Shown: positions 28,490 to 42,333, numbered from the stretch's first letter. The stretch is DNA of 64,000 nt from an uncultured Pseudomonadota bacterium (GCA_963847705.1 CAWKBC010000032.1:416001-480000), one strand, 5' to 3'. The notes: generated by a model not told the origin, from the sequence alone. Made by a program: numbers and translations.

Positions 28490-29406
28490 CAGCCTCGCGG
28501 GATCGCGCGGATATCGTTGAAAGTCTCGTTCGACGCCCGGGAGCGCCCGATGCCGATGCCCATCTTCATCGCCTCGCCGGGGGCAAAGCTCTTGAGCTCC
28601 ACCCGCCCAGGCTCGAACACCACGATCGTCGTCGACCCGAGATGAAAGATCCCCAGCTCCTCGCCGCGGCGAATGGGCTTCGGCTCGTCATAGCGACGAT
28701 GGCGGACGGCCGCGCGCGAGAACCGGGGCCGGTGCGTGGCCACGTCTTCATCATACGCCACCGTCACGTGGCCGACACCGATTGCCGCTACCATGACGAC
28801 CGCGCAGAGGCCGCCGTCGTTCATCTCGATGAGGGTCACGAAGCGCTCGTTGCGGACGAAAAGGCCAGGCTCCGAGGCGACGCTCTTGGCGCCCACGGAG
28901 AACAGGCTGCCGGGGATGTGCCGCCACCCGATGACACGCCCTGCCACGGGCGAATGCACACGGTGATAGTCCTTGGGCGATAGATACGTGATGAGATAGG
29001 CGCCCCCCACCAGGCGCGCCGCGATCTCCTCGTCGCTCAGCAACTCGGTCAAATCAAACAGGCTCCCCTTCGCCTGGATCAACTTTCCGGCGGTGGCCAG
29101 ACCACACTCGACCACGATTCCGTCGGCCGGCGAGACGACCCCTCCCGGCTCGTCGGCGATGGGGCGCGCGCCGGCCCGCAGCCGGCGGGTGAAAAGCTCA
29201 TCGAAGTCGGCATAGTCCCCGAGCGGCTTCTCCGCTTCGTCGAGATCGATGCCGTAGGCGCGCGCGAACCGCGACAGCATCATGCCGCGGAGACCCCGGG
29301 GGAGACCGCGGCTTGCCCCCCAGCCAATAGCTCTCGACACGGCGCGTTTGGGGACGATCCGCCACATCGAGCGCCTGGCCCGGTCGCTGAAAGAGAGCCC
29401 ACCCAT
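28489..29406 (-). CDS. psd: Phosphatidylserine decarboxylase
   Basis: SPADG, YLSPKDYHRVH, NER and FHLGST cleavage-site motifs. Confidence 0.93.
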   Translation of the reverse strand: MGGLSFSDRARRSMWRIVPKRAVSRAIGWGASRGLPRGLRGMMLSRFARAYGIDLDEAEKPLGDYADFDELFTRRLRAGARPIADEPGGVVSPADGIVVECGLATAGKLIQAKGSLFDLTELLSDEEIAARLVGGAYLITYLSPKDYHRVHSPVAGRVIGWRHIPGSLFSVGAKSVASEPGLFVRNERFVTLIEMNDGGLCAVVMVAAIGVGHVTVAYDEDVATHRPRFSRAAVRHRRYDEPKPIRRGEELGIFHLGSTTIVVFEPGRVELKSFAPGEAMKMGIGIGRSRASNETFNDIRAIPRG

Positions 29407-29444
29407 GGGAGTTGCGGAGCGTTGGGGGCTTCCGCGGACCTCGA

Positions 29445-29473
29445 ATCTTAGGGCAGCGTCAGTTCCCCGTCAA
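29445..29473 (-). promoter_or_regulatory. Sigma-70 promoter of psd
   Basis: TTGACG-N17-TAAGAT on the minus strand. Confidence 0.6.
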
Positions 29474-29642
29474 AGGCTAAGGGGCCCGTCCCCTCATTGG
29501 AAGCCCCCGGCAGCCCTCACATTTTCGGACCCTCGGCCCGTATCCCGATCCGACGGTCGATCGGAGGGCGGCTCTGCCGCCCGGAGACTTACATGCCGAG
29601 CGGGATCCGGACCCGGCTCTGGTCGCGTCGGGGTGGGCCCGT

Positions 29643-29663
29643 GGGAGGGGTGAGACCCCTCCC
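29643..29663 (-). terminator. GC-rich hairpin downstream of glnA
   Basis: GGGAGGGG-tgaga-CCCCTCCC; no strong U tract. Confidence 0.45.
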
Positions 29664-29687
29664 GCGAAGCGGAGCGCGAAGCGATTC

Positions 29688-31100
29688 TCAGTTGTCGAAG
29701 TAGAGGGCGAACTCGTAGGGGTGCGGGCGGAGGCGGATGGCGTCCACCTCGTTCTCGCGCTTGTAGTCGAGCCAGGTCGAGATGACGTCGGGCGTGAACA
29801 CGTCGCCCTTGAGCAGGAAGGCGTGGTCCTTTTCGAGCGCGTTCAACGCGGCGTCGAGCGAGCCGGGCGCCTTGGGAACGTCCTTCGACTCCTCGGGCGA
29901 CAGCGCGTAGATGTCCTTGTCGAGCGGCTTGCCCGGATCGATCTTGTTCTGGATGCCGTCGAGACCGGCCATCAGCATCGCGGCGAACGCGATGTAGGGG
30001 TTGGCGGTCGGGTCGGGGCAGCGGAACTCGAGCCGCTTCGCCTTCGGCGAGCTGCCACCGATGGGGATCCGGACCGACGCCGACCGGTTGCGCGACGAGT
30101 AAGCCAGGTTGACCGGCGCCTCGTAGCCCGGCACCAGACGTTTGTAGCTGTTGGTCCCCGGGTTGGTGATCGCACAGAGCGCCGGCGCGTGCTTGAGGAT
30201 GCCGCCGATGTAGTAGAGCGCCATGTCCGACAGGCCGGCGTACTTGTCGCCGGCGAACAGGTTCTTGTCGTCCTTCCAGATCGACTGGTGGCAGTGCATG
30301 CCCGAGCCGTTGTCTCCGAAGATCGGCTTCGGCATGAAGGTCGCGGTCCGCCCGTTGGCGCGCGCGACGTTCTTGACCACGTACTTGTACCACATGGTCC
30401 AGTCGGCCATCTTCTTGAGGCTGTTGAACCTCATCGACAGCTCGCACTGGCCGCCGGTGGCGACCTCGTGGTGGAACACCTCGACGGGGATCCCGACTGC
30501 CTCCAGCGTCATCGCCATGTCGGCGCGCAGATCGTGCAGCGTGTCCGTCGGCGGGACCGGGAAGTAGCCCCCCTTGTGCGGCGGCTTGTAGCCGAGGTTG
30601 GGCCCCTCTTCGCGATCGGTGTTCCAGCGTCCCTCGATCGAATCGACCATGTAGCTGGAACGGTTCGGACCCTCGGAGTAGCGAACCTCGTCGAACACGA
30701 AGAACTCGGGCTCGGGGCCGAAGTACGAGGTGTCGCCGATGCCGGTCGACTTCAGGTACGCCTCGGCCTTGGCCGCGATGGTGCGGGGATCGCGCGAGTA
30801 GGGCTGCTTGGTGATCGCGTCGACGATGTCGCAGGTGAGCGACAGCGTCGGCAGCTTGAAGAAGGGATCCATCACCGCCGAGCCCGCGTCGGGGATGAAG
30901 ATCATGTCGGAGGCGTGAATGGGCTGCCAGCCGCGGATCGAGCTGCCGTCGAAGAAGTAGCCGTCCTTGAAAACCTCCGCGCCGAGCTTTGAGATCGGCA
31001 TCGTCGTGTGCTGCCAGATCCCCAGAAGATCGACGAACTTGAAGTCGACCATCTTGGCGCCGCTCTGCTCGGCGAGTTTCAGTGCGTCAGCTGGAGTCAT
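29688..31100 (-). CDS. glnA: Glutamine synthetase type I
   Basis: [38 protein letters not shown] and NRSA motifs; adenylylation Tyr in KDIYAL. Confidence 0.97.
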   Translation of the reverse strand: MTPADALKLAEQSGAKMVDFKFVDLLGIWQHTTMPISKLGAEVFKDGYFFDGSSIRGWQPIHASDMIFIPDAGSAVMDPFFKLPTLSLTCDIVDAITKQPYSRDPRTIAAKAEAYLKSTGIGDTSYFGPEPEFFVFDEVRYSEGPNRSSYMVDSIEGRWNTDREEGPNLGYKPPHKGGYFPVPPTDTLHDLRADMAMTLEAVGIPVEVFHHEVATGGQCELSMRFNSLKKMADWTMWYKYVVKNVARANGRTATFMPKPIFGDNGSGMHCHQSIWKDDKNLFAGDKYAGLSDMALYYIGGILKHAPALCAITNPGTNSYKRLVPGYEAPVNLAYSSRNRSASVRIPIGGSSPKAKRLEFRCPDPTANPYIAFAAMLMAGLDGIQNKIDPGKPLDKDIYALSPEESKDVPKAPGSLDAALNALEKDHAFLLKGDVFTPDVISTWLDYKRENEVDAIRLRPHPYEFALYFDN

Positions 31101-31208
31101 TTCAGTTCCCCTGTTCCGTTGTGTGGTTGGTGGTTCCCGAAAATTCTCTGCTTCGTCCTGAAGCGCGCCGGCAGCGCCTTTTTTTTTGCGGCTTTTACAG
31201 GGCGCCTT

Positions 31209-31556
<348 letters not shown>

Positions 31557-31639
31557 CTAGCGCGGCAATGTTTCGAACCAGTTTCGCAACAGTTAAATCG
31601 TCGTAACCCTGGGCAGTCAAGCCGAAACGCCGCGCTCGA

Positions 31640-32641
31640 TCAGGCGGTTCGCAGGGCACCGACGAGCTCGCGCACGTCGCTGATTCCGTCGGCGCGGAGG
31701 CGCTCGGCGAGATCGCGGACGATGTGTCCCGAGGCGTCAGGATCGACGAAGCTTTGCGTCCCGATCTGCACGGTGCTGGCCCCGGCGAGGAAGAACTCGA
31801 TGGCGTCGGTGGCGTCCTGAATGCCGCCGATGCCGGAGATCGGCAGCGGCACGCCGGCCCGCTTCACCTGGTAGACCATCCGCAGCGCGATCGGCTTGAT
31901 GGCCGGGCCGGACAGGCCGCCGAAGATCGTGGCGATCTTCGGTTTTCGCGTGCGGGCGTCGATCGCCATCCCGGTGATCGTATTGATGATGGAGAGCCCG
32001 TCGGCGCCGCCGTCGGCGCAGGCCTTGGCCAGCGAGACGATGTCCGAGGTGTTGGGCGTCAGCTTGATCCAGAGCGGCTTCTTGATCACCTCGCGGCAGG
32101 CGCGCACCAGATCGCGAAGCACGCGCGGATCGGTCCCGAACTCGATCCCGCCCGCCTTGATGTTCGGGCAAGAGACGTTCATCTCCAGACCGTCGACGCC
32201 GTCGAGGCGATCGAGCCGGGCGCCGCAGTCGACGTATTCGTCGAAGGTGGCACCGAAGAAGTTCACCAGCACGCGCGTCCCGCAGCCGCGCAGGTACGGC
32301 AGCTTCTCGCGCTCGAACCCCTCGACCCCCACGTTCTCGAGGCCGATCGAGTTGAGCATGCCGGACGCCGTCTCGCAGATGCGCGGCGTGGCGTTTCCGA
32401 ACCGCGGCTTCGGCGAGATCCCCTTGGTGACGAGCCCGCCGAGCGCGCCCAGGTCGGTGAGCTGCTCGAACTCCTTGCCGTAGCCGAACGTCCCCGAGGC
32501 GGTCAACACCGGGTTCCGAAAGGCGATTCCGCCCGTCTCGATGGCCAGGTTCGCCTGGACGGAGCCCGGCTCCGCCTGGCGCGGTCCTTCGCGGGGGGGA
32601 ACGGGGACCCTCTCAGGGTCCACGAGCTTGACGTCACTCAT
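31640..32641 (-). CDS. pyrD: Dihydroorotate dehydrogenase B, catalytic subunit
   Basis: ASGTFG, NSIGLEN, NVSCPN, KLTPN and GGLSG motifs. Confidence 0.93.
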   Translation of the reverse strand: MSDVKLVDPERVPVPPREGPRQAEPGSVQANLAIETGGIAFRNPVLTASGTFGYGKEFEQLTDLGALGGLVTKGISPKPRFGNATPRICETASGMLNSIGLENVGVEGFEREKLPYLRGCGTRVLVNFFGATFDEYVDCGARLDRLDGVDGLEMNVSCPNIKAGGIEFGTDPRVLRDLVRACREVIKKPLWIKLTPNTSDIVSLAKACADGGADGLSIINTITGMAIDARTRKPKIATIFGGLSGPAIKPIALRMVYQVKRAGVPLPISGIGGIQDATDAIEFFLAGASTVQIGTQSFVDPDASGHIVRDLAERLRADGISDVRELVGALRTA

Positions 32642-33462
32642 GCCGGGCAGGCCGCGGGCGCGACGGGCGGCTTCTGGTCGACGTCGAGCACGTCCGCGGC
32701 ATCGAAGACCGGACCGTTGCTACAGACGTAGCGGTAAGGGCGCGACCGCGCCGGGATGGCACAGCCGAGACAGACGCCGATCCCGCAGGCCATCTGCTCC
32801 TCGAGTGAGATGAAGCAGGGGATCTCCAGGGCCCGCGCCTGCCGGGCGATCGCCCACAGCATGCCGTTCGGGCCGCACCCCATCACCCGGAGCGACTTGC
32901 CACGGTGGTGGGCGAGCCGCGCCTCGAGCGCGCGCGTGACCAACCCTTTGTCGCCGACCGAACCATCCTCGGTGGTCAGGAAGAGGGCGAGGCCCATCGC
33001 TTCCATCTCGCGCAGGAGAACCAGATCGGGGGCGCTGCGCCCCCCGTAAATCATTTCTGATCGGTCAACCTGGCCGCGCTCCGCTGCCAGCGCTGCTTGC
33101 ATGAGCATCGGGGGGAGCCCGACCCCACCAGCGACCAGGAGGTCGATCGTATCGCCGCTCGGGTGCGGGAAGCTCGTCCCGAGCGGACCCAAAATGTCGA
33201 TTTCTGCTCCCGGCAGGGCGCGCTCCAGCAGAGCAGTCCCTCGACCGACCGTTTTGGCCAGAATCTCGGCTCGACCGCCGGGTCCGACCGACATCAGAGA
33301 GAACGCGCGAGGCAGCAGCGGGTCACGTCCCCAAGCGCCTCGAATCATTACGAATTGCCCTGGTCGGGCGGAGGCGAGCGACTCGCAGCCCACGAGCTGC
33401 AAAACGAAGTAACCCCCTCCAAGTACCCGGTTTTCCGAGATTTTTGCCTGGAAGTAACGCAC
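32638..33462 (-). CDS. pyrK: Dihydroorotate dehydrogenase electron transfer subunit
   Basis: PGQFV, GGVG, CGP and MACGIGVCLGC...C (2Fe-2S) motifs. Confidence 0.92.
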   Translation of the reverse strand: MRYFQAKISENRVLGGGYFVLQLVGCESLASARPGQFVMIRGAWGRDPLLPRAFSLMSVGPGGRAEILAKTVGRGTALLERALPGAEIDILGPLGTSFPHPSGDTIDLLVAGGVGLPPMLMQAALAAERGQVDRSEMIYGGRSAPDLVLLREMEAMGLALFLTTEDGSVGDKGLVTRALEARLAHHRGKSLRVMGCGPNGMLWAIARQARALEIPCFISLEEQMACGIGVCLGCAIPARSRPYRYVCSNGPVFDAADVLDVDQKPPVAPAACPA

Positions 33463-33568
33463 GAGCTCTGCGGTCGTCTTTCTACCTCGAAGCGGCTGGA
33501 ATTGCCCTCTTATTCTTGCAGGGTCCCCAGACCTGTGTTAGTGACCGAACTCTAAAGGGGCGCCGCCA

Positions 33569-34393
33569 ATGGACTTCATGTTCGAGGACGAGGTCGACGA
33601 AGTCGGGTCGGACGTCGAGGCATATTGCCCCAAATGCAAGGGCGATACCACGCACGTCGTCATCTCGAAGTACGAGGACGAGATCCGCCGGGTGCAGTGC
33701 AACCCGTGTGGAGACGTCCATTCGTTCCGCAAACCGCGGGGCGACGTCGAGGATGATGTTCCCGAGCCAATCGCCGCGAAGAAGCGGGCGATGATGAAGA
33801 AGCTCACCTTCGAGGAGTTCTTCGCCAAGCACAGCGACAAGAACGCGAAGCCTTACGAGTTTCGCGAGCACTATCACGAGAATGTGATCGTGACGCACCC
33901 CAAGTTCGGCAAGGGGTTCATCTCGGAGATCCTGTCCGACAGCAAGGCCGAGGTGACCTTCAAGGATTCTCGGCGCGTGCTGGTTCACAACCGGAAGGAC
34001 ATGCCGGGACTGCCGCTCGCCGCAGAGGGCGACGGGCACCCTTCGGACACGAAGGTCACCAAGAACGGCAAACTGACCGGCAAGCTGACGGGCAAGGTGA
34101 CCGAGAAGGTGACCGAGAAGGTCGCTCCGGCCAAGGCTGCTGCCCCGGCGAAGGACGCCCGCAAGGCTGCTCCGCCACCCCCTCCGCCCGCCAAGCCCGC
34201 CGCCAAGGGGGCCACTCCGGCCGCCAAGCCCCCCGTCCCCGCCCGGTCACCCAAGGCGGCCGTGAAGACCGCTCCCGCCGCCAAGGCCGCCAAGCGGACC
34301 ACCAAGCCTGCCCGTCCGGTCAGGACGGCGGCGCCCCGCCCGCGTGCGGCTGCCAAGCGCCCCGCCAAGGCGGCCAAGCGCGGCAAGAAGTAG
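33569..34393 (+). CDS. Conserved zinc-binding hypothetical protein with Lys/Ala/Pro-rich histone-H1-like tail
   Basis: CPKC...H...CNPC...H; HPKFGKG; tail AAKRPAKAAKRGKK. Confidence 0.75.
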   Translation: MDFMFEDEVDEVGSDVEAYCPKCKGDTTHVVISKYEDEIRRVQCNPCGDVHSFRKPRGDVEDDVPEPIAAKKRAMMKKLTFEEFFAKHSDKNAKPYEFREHYHENVIVTHPKFGKGFISEILSDSKAEVTFKDSRRVLVHNRKDMPGLPLAAEGDGHPSDTKVTKNGKLTGKLTGKVTEKVTEKVAPAKAAAPAKDARKAAPPPPPPAKPAAKGATPAAKPPVPARSPKAAVKTAPAAKAAKRTTKPARPVRTAAPRPRAAAKRPAKAAKRGKK

Positions 34394-34435
34394 CGTCCTC
34401 GTCCCCTTCCGGCGGCGGCGCCGGCCGCTGTCTGG

Positions 34436-35196
34436 CTACTTGAGCAGAAACACGTAGAGATCGTAGAGGGCGTGCGTGTACACCGCGATGGCGAAGCCGC
34501 GGTACCAGAACAGCAAGCCGAAGCAGAGCCCGGCCAGCACGCGGAAGATGAAGATCCCTGCGTGCAGCGGGTCGCCGTAAGGCGGAATGTGGTGCATGGC
34601 CGAGAAGAGAACGGCTGAGAGCAGCAGCGCCAGCACGAAGGCGACCCAGCGCCGGATCCCGAACACCCGGTCGAACAACACCACCAGACCCGACAGGATG
34701 CCGAGGCGGAACACCGTCTCCTCGTAGACCCCGGCGCCCAGGGACATCACGATGCGGGTGCCGAACCCCTGTTGCGCCACGAAACCCGCGCCGCCACCCG
34801 CGAGCTGGGGCGAGATCCCCAGCGCGCGCGTCATCACGAACACGATGAGCGACCCCATGGTGAGGGCGTAAATCGCGCTCTCGACCAGCACGGGAACGAT
34901 GAGCTTGGGATCGAAACGCTGCTTGTGGCGCAGCATCGCCACCGCGATGGCGAAGGCCACCGTGACGGCGAAGGTGTAGGCGAGGTAGCTCCCGGTCGAG
35001 AGGTGCAGGTTCCGGAACAGGAACACCGTCAGGAAGTCGGCCCCGTTGAGGATCGGAAGCGTGAAGAGGACGCCGATCTGGTAGATGAGGAAGAGTGGAA
35101 ACACCAGCACCAGGCTGGTGAGCAGGTTGCGGGGGTCGTGGGCCGAGCTTCCTCCGACCTTGCCGCGCGGCTTGACCGGCCTCTTCTTGACCGCCC

Positions 35197-35200
<4 letters not shown>
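34436..35200 (-). CDS. CPBP (Abi/CAAX) family intramembrane metalloprotease
   Basis: EETVFR, FSAMH and HALYD motifs; multiple TM segments; ATGA overlap with the kinase stop codon. Confidence 0.85.
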
Positions 35201-37008
<1,808 letters not shown>

Positions 37009-39811
37009 CTAGCGCGCCCCCTGGTCGACCCGGGCCGCGCGCCCCACGGTGGACGTCGCCAGCGGGTCGGGCCGCACCACCGCGATCGTCTCGCGCTTAG
37101 GATCGATGAACCGGCGCGCCGCGCGCGCGACATCGGGGGCGGTCACCCGCGCCAGCGCGGCCGGGAGTTGGCGGTAGGTCATGAGCGGAAGACCGTACGC
37201 CTCGTCGGTCGCGAGCGCATCAGCGATCGCCGCTTCTCCCCGCAACGCGAGCGCGCGCAGACCGGCGAGACGGCGCGCGGCGCGCTCCACCTCGGCCGCC
37301 CCGACGCCGCCGGCCGTGACCTCGGTGAGCGCCGCCCGGAGCGCGGCCACCACGGCGTCGACGCTGGCCGGGGCGCAGGTGACGGTGACCGCCAGCTCGC
37401 CCGGATCGACGCCCGTCGCGGCCGAGGCCCCGAAGCGGTAGACGTTCGGCGTCGTCGCCAGCCCGCGTTCGACCGGACCGTCCCGGGCGTTCAACACCTC
37501 GGCGAGAACCTCGAGCGCCGCCCGATCGGCGTCGCGCACCGGCGCCCCGGGATAGCCGAGCACGATCTCGGCGACGTCCCTGTTCGTGGTGTGAAAGAGA
37601 GCCACCGGCTCGCCGTGGGCCGGTTCGGGCGGCGGCTCAGGCGGGGACGGACCGGCAGCAGCGTCGGCGAACAGCGCCGTCAACGTCGCCACCGCCTCTG
37701 CCGGATCGACGTCGCCGACCACCGAGACGACCAGGCGGGAAACCGGATAATGACGGCGGAAGTGAGCGAGGAGGCGGACCCGCCCCAGCGCCGCCAGCGA
37801 AGCGGGGCTCCCCAGCGGATCGAGCCGAAAGGGATGGCCGGGCCAGAGCGCCTCACGAAACAGACGCCGGGCCGCCCCCGCCGGATCGCCGTCGGCGGCG
37901 CGCGCCCGATCGACCACCACGCGCCGGCTTCCGTCGACTTCGCCGGCCGGGAAGCTGGGGCGCAAGAGGCAGTCGGCGAGGAGCTCGACGCCCCGCGACC
38001 AGGTGCCGGGCAAGAATTGTCCCCGCAACCCGAAGTGGCTGCGATCGGAGAAGCCGGAGAGCACGCCGCCCGCGGCCTGCACCTCGGCCGCGATCTGCGG
38101 CGCCGCGCGGGTGCGCGTCCCGCGATCGAGCAGCGCCGCGATCAGCGCGCCGGCGCCATTCGAGGCAGCGTCCTCGGCCCGGGCGCCGCCGGCCCAGGCC
38201 GCCTCGACGGCGACCATCGGCGCGGCGCGATCGCGCAGCACGAGGATGCGCACCCCCGAGGGGGCGACCGCGCGGACGACATCGCCCCCGCCCTCCCCGC
38301 GCGCCACCGCCGCGCCTAGGGGCGGCCTGGAGCTCCGCGCCGCCGCGCCGGCGACCATCGCCTCCAGCCGGGCCGATTCGGCCGAGGCCGCGGTGGGAGC
38401 GGCGCCCGGGTCGAGAACGGCCAGCGTGAGGGCCTCCGGCCTCAGCAGCCTGGCCGCGGCCGCGCGCAGCGCCGGCGGAATCGAACGCCAGCAGGCTCTC
38501 CCGGTACCGACGGTCGTCGTCGTCGTCCGCGATGGCGGAGGCGAAACCGAGTCGTCGCGCCCGCCCCTCGACGCCGTCGGCGGCGCGGCCGAGATCGCTC
38601 TGCAGCAGGCCCCGCACCCGGGCGAGCTCGTCGGCTGGGACCTGGTCGCGCCCGAGCCGCAGCGTCTCGTCGATCGCACCCTGGGTCGCCGCCTCGATCC
38701 GCTGCGGCGCGGGCGCCAAGATCAGCTCGAGCAGCGCGGCGCCGCGCGCCCGGAAGGTCAGCCCGTGCACGGCGGTGACGACCTGCCGGTTGTCGGCGAG
38801 CTCGCGGGCGAGGCGTGCGTCGCTGCCGCGGGTCAGCAGCGCCGCGATCAGATCGAGCGCGGCGGCGTCCTCCGGGCGCGGCGCCAGGACCCGGAATCCG
38901 AGCGCCACCTGCGCCTCGAGCCCCGCCGCCGTCGACACCAGCGCGCGCGGCGCCGATGGGGGGAGAGCCGCGGCGACCGCGTGCACCGGAGCACGCCCGC
39001 GGGGAACGGCCGCGAACGCGCGTGCCACGGCCTCGCGGGCGCGGTGCGCGTCGACGTCTCCCACCACGACGACCGTCATGTTCGGGCCCAGATACGTCTC
39101 GGCGAAATGGGCCGCCAACGCTTCGCGGGTGAACGCCGCCACCGCCTCCGGATTGCCAAGCAACGGACGACCGTAGGCGTCGCTCGCAAAGGCCCCGGCG
39201 CGCAGCAGCCCACTCGTCGCGCGGGCCGGATCGATCGCCTCGCGGGCGATCTCGGCGACCGCCAACTTCTTCGCCCGGGCGAGCTCGGCCGCCTCGAAGG
39301 TCGGCGCGGTCAGGGCGTCCCCCAGGACGTCGAGCCCGAGGTCGAGAAACGGCGCGGCCAGCGTCGCCTGGTAAACCGTCTCGTCGAGCCCGGTCCAGGC
39401 GCCGACCGTCCCGCCGACGGCCTCGATCTCGCGCTCGCCCGCCCCCGGGGCGCGCCGGCGCGTGCCCCGAAAAACGAGATGCTCGTAGAGGTGCGCGGCG
39501 CCCGCCAGCGCAGGGGGGTCGTCGGCCGCCCCCGAGGCGACCCAGACCTGCAGGGCGACGACCGGCGCGGCGTGGTTCTCCTCGACGACGACGCGCACGC
39601 CGTTGTCGAGCCGCGCCTCGGCGCGCGTCCCCGGACCGCCCATCATCATGGGGGTCGTGGCCGTGGCCATCGACCCTTCGGCGACGGTTCCGTCGGCGGC
39701 AGGCTGACTGGGATTCCCGGCGCCCCCGAGCGAGCGGCAACCCCCGAGAGGAACCACCAAGAGCAACGACGCGAAGGGGAGCGCCGCGTGAGCGAGAGAC
39801 ACGGATTTCAC
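37009..39811 (-). CDS. M16 family (pitrilysin-like) zinc peptidase lipoprotein; apparent frameshift at about 38480
   Basis: Lipobox LGGC; HLYEH inverted Zn motif; second M16 half in the downstream frame. Deleting one base (GATTCCG to GATCCG) joins the frames. Confidence 0.85.
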
Positions 39812-39894
39812 GAGCGGCTGCGAGGTTACCACCAATACAGGGCATGCAAAGCTGCGTGCCCCGTTCCGTGCCATGGTTGTAGTCTCTGGGACGG

Positions 39895-42306
39895 ATGAAG
39901 CGACGGGCGTTCTTGCGTGGGGCCAGCGCGGCAGGTGGAGCGGCGTTCGCTTCGCGGCTCTGGCGTCCGGCTGAGGCATCGCGCGCAGGTGCGCTCGAGC
40001 GCGCGCTGGAGCGGCTGCAGCAGGCGCGGATCGCGGTGGCGGCGCGGCTGGCTGCGCCCGATGCCGCCAGCGCCGTTCCCGCCGAGCTGATGCTTGGGCG
40101 CAACGGCTCGGCGCGCCGAGAGCTCGCCGGCGGCACGCTGGCGCTGCGCGCGGCGCCGGTCGCCGGGAGCCACGACGCCGTCGAGCTCTTCGTCACCTTT
40201 CGCGCCAAGACGCGCGCCCCGGCCGGCACCGTCAGCCTGGCGCTCGAGCTCGACGCCTGGTCCCTCGACAACTACGTGATGCTCCCGGGTGCCTGCTACG
40301 CCGGGAATCGGTTCGAGTCGCGCTTCGTCGGCTACCCGCCCCTGCTGACCGAGCCAGCCGACATCGGTCCGCACGTCCCGCCGATCGTGACCGACATCCC
40401 CAGGCTGAACTTGCACCGCGGAACTTCCAGGCTGGAGATCGCCGCGGCCGATCTGGCGACGCCGGCGGTGGCGGTGTTTCTTCCGGCGGAAAAGCTCGGC
40501 CTCATCCTGCTGGTCGATCTGGCCACCTCGGTCGGGCGGACCGGACTCTCCGTGGCCGAGAGCGACGATCGCGCGCGCGCCTCGATCGCCGCCTCGACGC
40601 CCTTCGTGCACGAGGGACACCGCGCCGAGGGCGCGCCGGGACCGCGCGAGCGACCGATGCCATCCAGGCCCGGCGCGTCGATCACGCTCCGCGCGCGACT
40701 CCACGCCTTCGCCTGCGAGGAGATCGGGCAGCTCACCGAACGCCTGTTCGCCCTGCGCAAGGCGCTCACCGGCCCCACCGCCCGCGCGCACACCTTGCCA
40801 TTTTCAGCGGCGTTCGCCGCGCACGAGGCGCGGGTCAACGCGCGTTTCGTCGAAAAGCTGGGCTTCTTCGCGCTCGGCGCGCGCGACAGCGCCTATTCGA
40901 TCTGGCAGACCGGCTGGGCCGGCGGCTTCGGCCAGACGCTCCCCCTGCTGGCCGCGGGCGGAAAGCAGTCGCGCACCCGCGCGCTCGAGACGATCGCCTT
41001 CGTCGTCGAAGGCGGGCAGGCCCCCTCCGGTTTCTTTCACGGCGTCTCCGATGGCAAGACCTGGTACGACGACGGCTTCACGGCGCCCCTGCCACCTGCG
41101 CCCGCCGACGCCTGGCCGCCGCGCGCGTCGCCCTACCATCATCCGCGCTGGCACCTGGTCCGGCGCAGCGCCGACGCGCTCTCGCTGTTGGTGAAGCAAC
41201 TCGCGCTGCTGGATCGGCAGGCAGCGTCGGCGGACCGGACTGCCGAGCCGCCCGCCCCGGTCGATCCGGCCTGGGCGACGTCGGCCCGGCGCTGCGCCGA
41301 CGCGCTCGCCCACCTCTGGGGGAGGCATCGACAGTTCGGGCAGTTCGTCGACATCGCCAGTGGCGAGCTGATCGTCGGCGGCTCCTCCTCGGCGGCGATG
41401 GCGCCCGCCGCACTGGCGCACGCCGCTGCTTATTTCAAAGAGCCGAGCTATCTGCAGGTCGCCGAGGAGTCGGCGCTGCACTACTTCGAGCGTTTCGTGC
41501 AGGCGGGCCTCACCTGTGGCGGCCCGGGTGACGTGCTCCAGTGTCCCGACAGCGAATCGGCGGCCGCGCTGCTGGAGTCGTTCGTCACCCTTCACGAGGC
41601 GACCCGCGACCTGGCGTGGATCGCGCGTGCCCGTGCGGCGGCCCATCTGCTGGCGAGCTGGGTCATCTCGTACGACGCCCCGCCCGCCGGCCGCGGCTGC
41701 CCGCCGCCGGGGCCGCTCCGCGCCACCGGGGCCGTCTTCACCGACGCCCAGAACCGCGGCGGCGCCCCCGGCTACGTCCTGTCGTCGGGCGCCGCGCTGT
41801 TTCGCCTCTATCGTGCGACCGGTGACGTCGCCTGGCTGGAGCTTCTGCGCGACACCGCCCACAACCTGGCGCAGTACCTTCCTCGCGCCGGCGACCTCGG
41901 CCGTCCGGCGGGCGCCGGGGGGCGTGATTCGGACGACTGCTCCCGCGCCGACAGCTCCGACTGGCTGGTCGACAACGGAAGCGTGGTGCCCGCGGCCGGC
42001 CTCTACGACGCGATCGCCCTCCTCACCTATACGGAGCTCCCCGGCGTTTACGCGCAGACCGACGCGGGCTTCGTGTTCGCCTTCGATCACGTCGAGGCGC
42101 GGGTGAAGGAGCGCCTCGGCCACCGGTTGGTGGTCGCGTTGCGAAATCCGACGGCGACCGAAGCGACCGTGCGTCTTTACGCCGAGAGCGCCGACGACGC
42201 CGCGCTCCCCTTGCTCCCCGACGCCATCCTCGGCGCACCGACCGCGGTCGTGCCGCCTGGAGCGACCGTCGAGGTCGCGATGCCGCCGCTGACCGCGCGC
42301 CGCTGA
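39895..42306 (+). CDS. Tat-exported hypothetical protein, possibly (alpha/alpha)6 glycosidase-like
   Basis: MKRRAFL twin-arginine signal; helical repeats (LHEATRD..W, LYRATGD..W); WQTGW and PDSES motifs. Confidence 0.65.
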   Translation: MKRRAFLRGASAAGGAAFASRLWRPAEASRAGALERALERLQQARIAVAARLAAPDAASAVPAELMLGRNGSARRELAGGTLALRAAPVAGSHDAVELFVTFRAKTRAPAGTVSLALELDAWSLDNYVMLPGACYAGNRFESRFVGYPPLLTEPADIGPHVPPIVTDIPRLNLHRGTSRLEIAAADLATPAVAVFLPAEKLGLILLVDLATSVGRTGLSVAESDDRARASIAASTPFVHEGHRAEGAPGPRERPMPSRPGASITLRARLHAFACEEIGQLTERLFALRKALTGPTARAHTLPFSAAFAAHEARVNARFVEKLGFFALGARDSAYSIWQTGWAGGFGQTLPLLAAGGKQSRTRALETIAFVVEGGQAPSGFFHGVSDGKTWYDDGFTAPLPPAPADAWPPRASPYHHPRWHLVRRSADALSLLVKQLALLDRQAASADRTAEPPAPVDPAWATSARRCADALAHLWGRHRQFGQFVDIASGELIVGGSSSAAMAPAALAHAAAYFKEPSYLQVAEESALHYFERFVQAGLTCGGPGDVLQCPDSESAAALLESFVTLHEATRDLAWIARARAAAHLLASWVISYDAPPAGRGCPPPGPLRATGAVFTDAQNRGGAPGYVLSSGAALFRLYRATGDVAWLELLRDTAHNLAQYLPRAGDLGRPAGAGGRDSDDCSRADSSDWLVDNGSVVPAAGLYDAIALLTYTELPGVYAQTDAGFVFAFDHVEARVKERLGHRLVVALRNPTATEATVRLYAESADDAALPLLPDAILGAPTAVVPPGATVEVAMPPLTARR

Positions 42307-42333
42307 CCGCGCGACCTCTGCTAAGATTTCGCC

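Noticed and set aside
31560-31585. Sigma-54 promoter upstream of glnB (TGG...TTGC on the minus strand)
   Set aside because: GG-to-GC spacing is 11 nt rather than the required 10.
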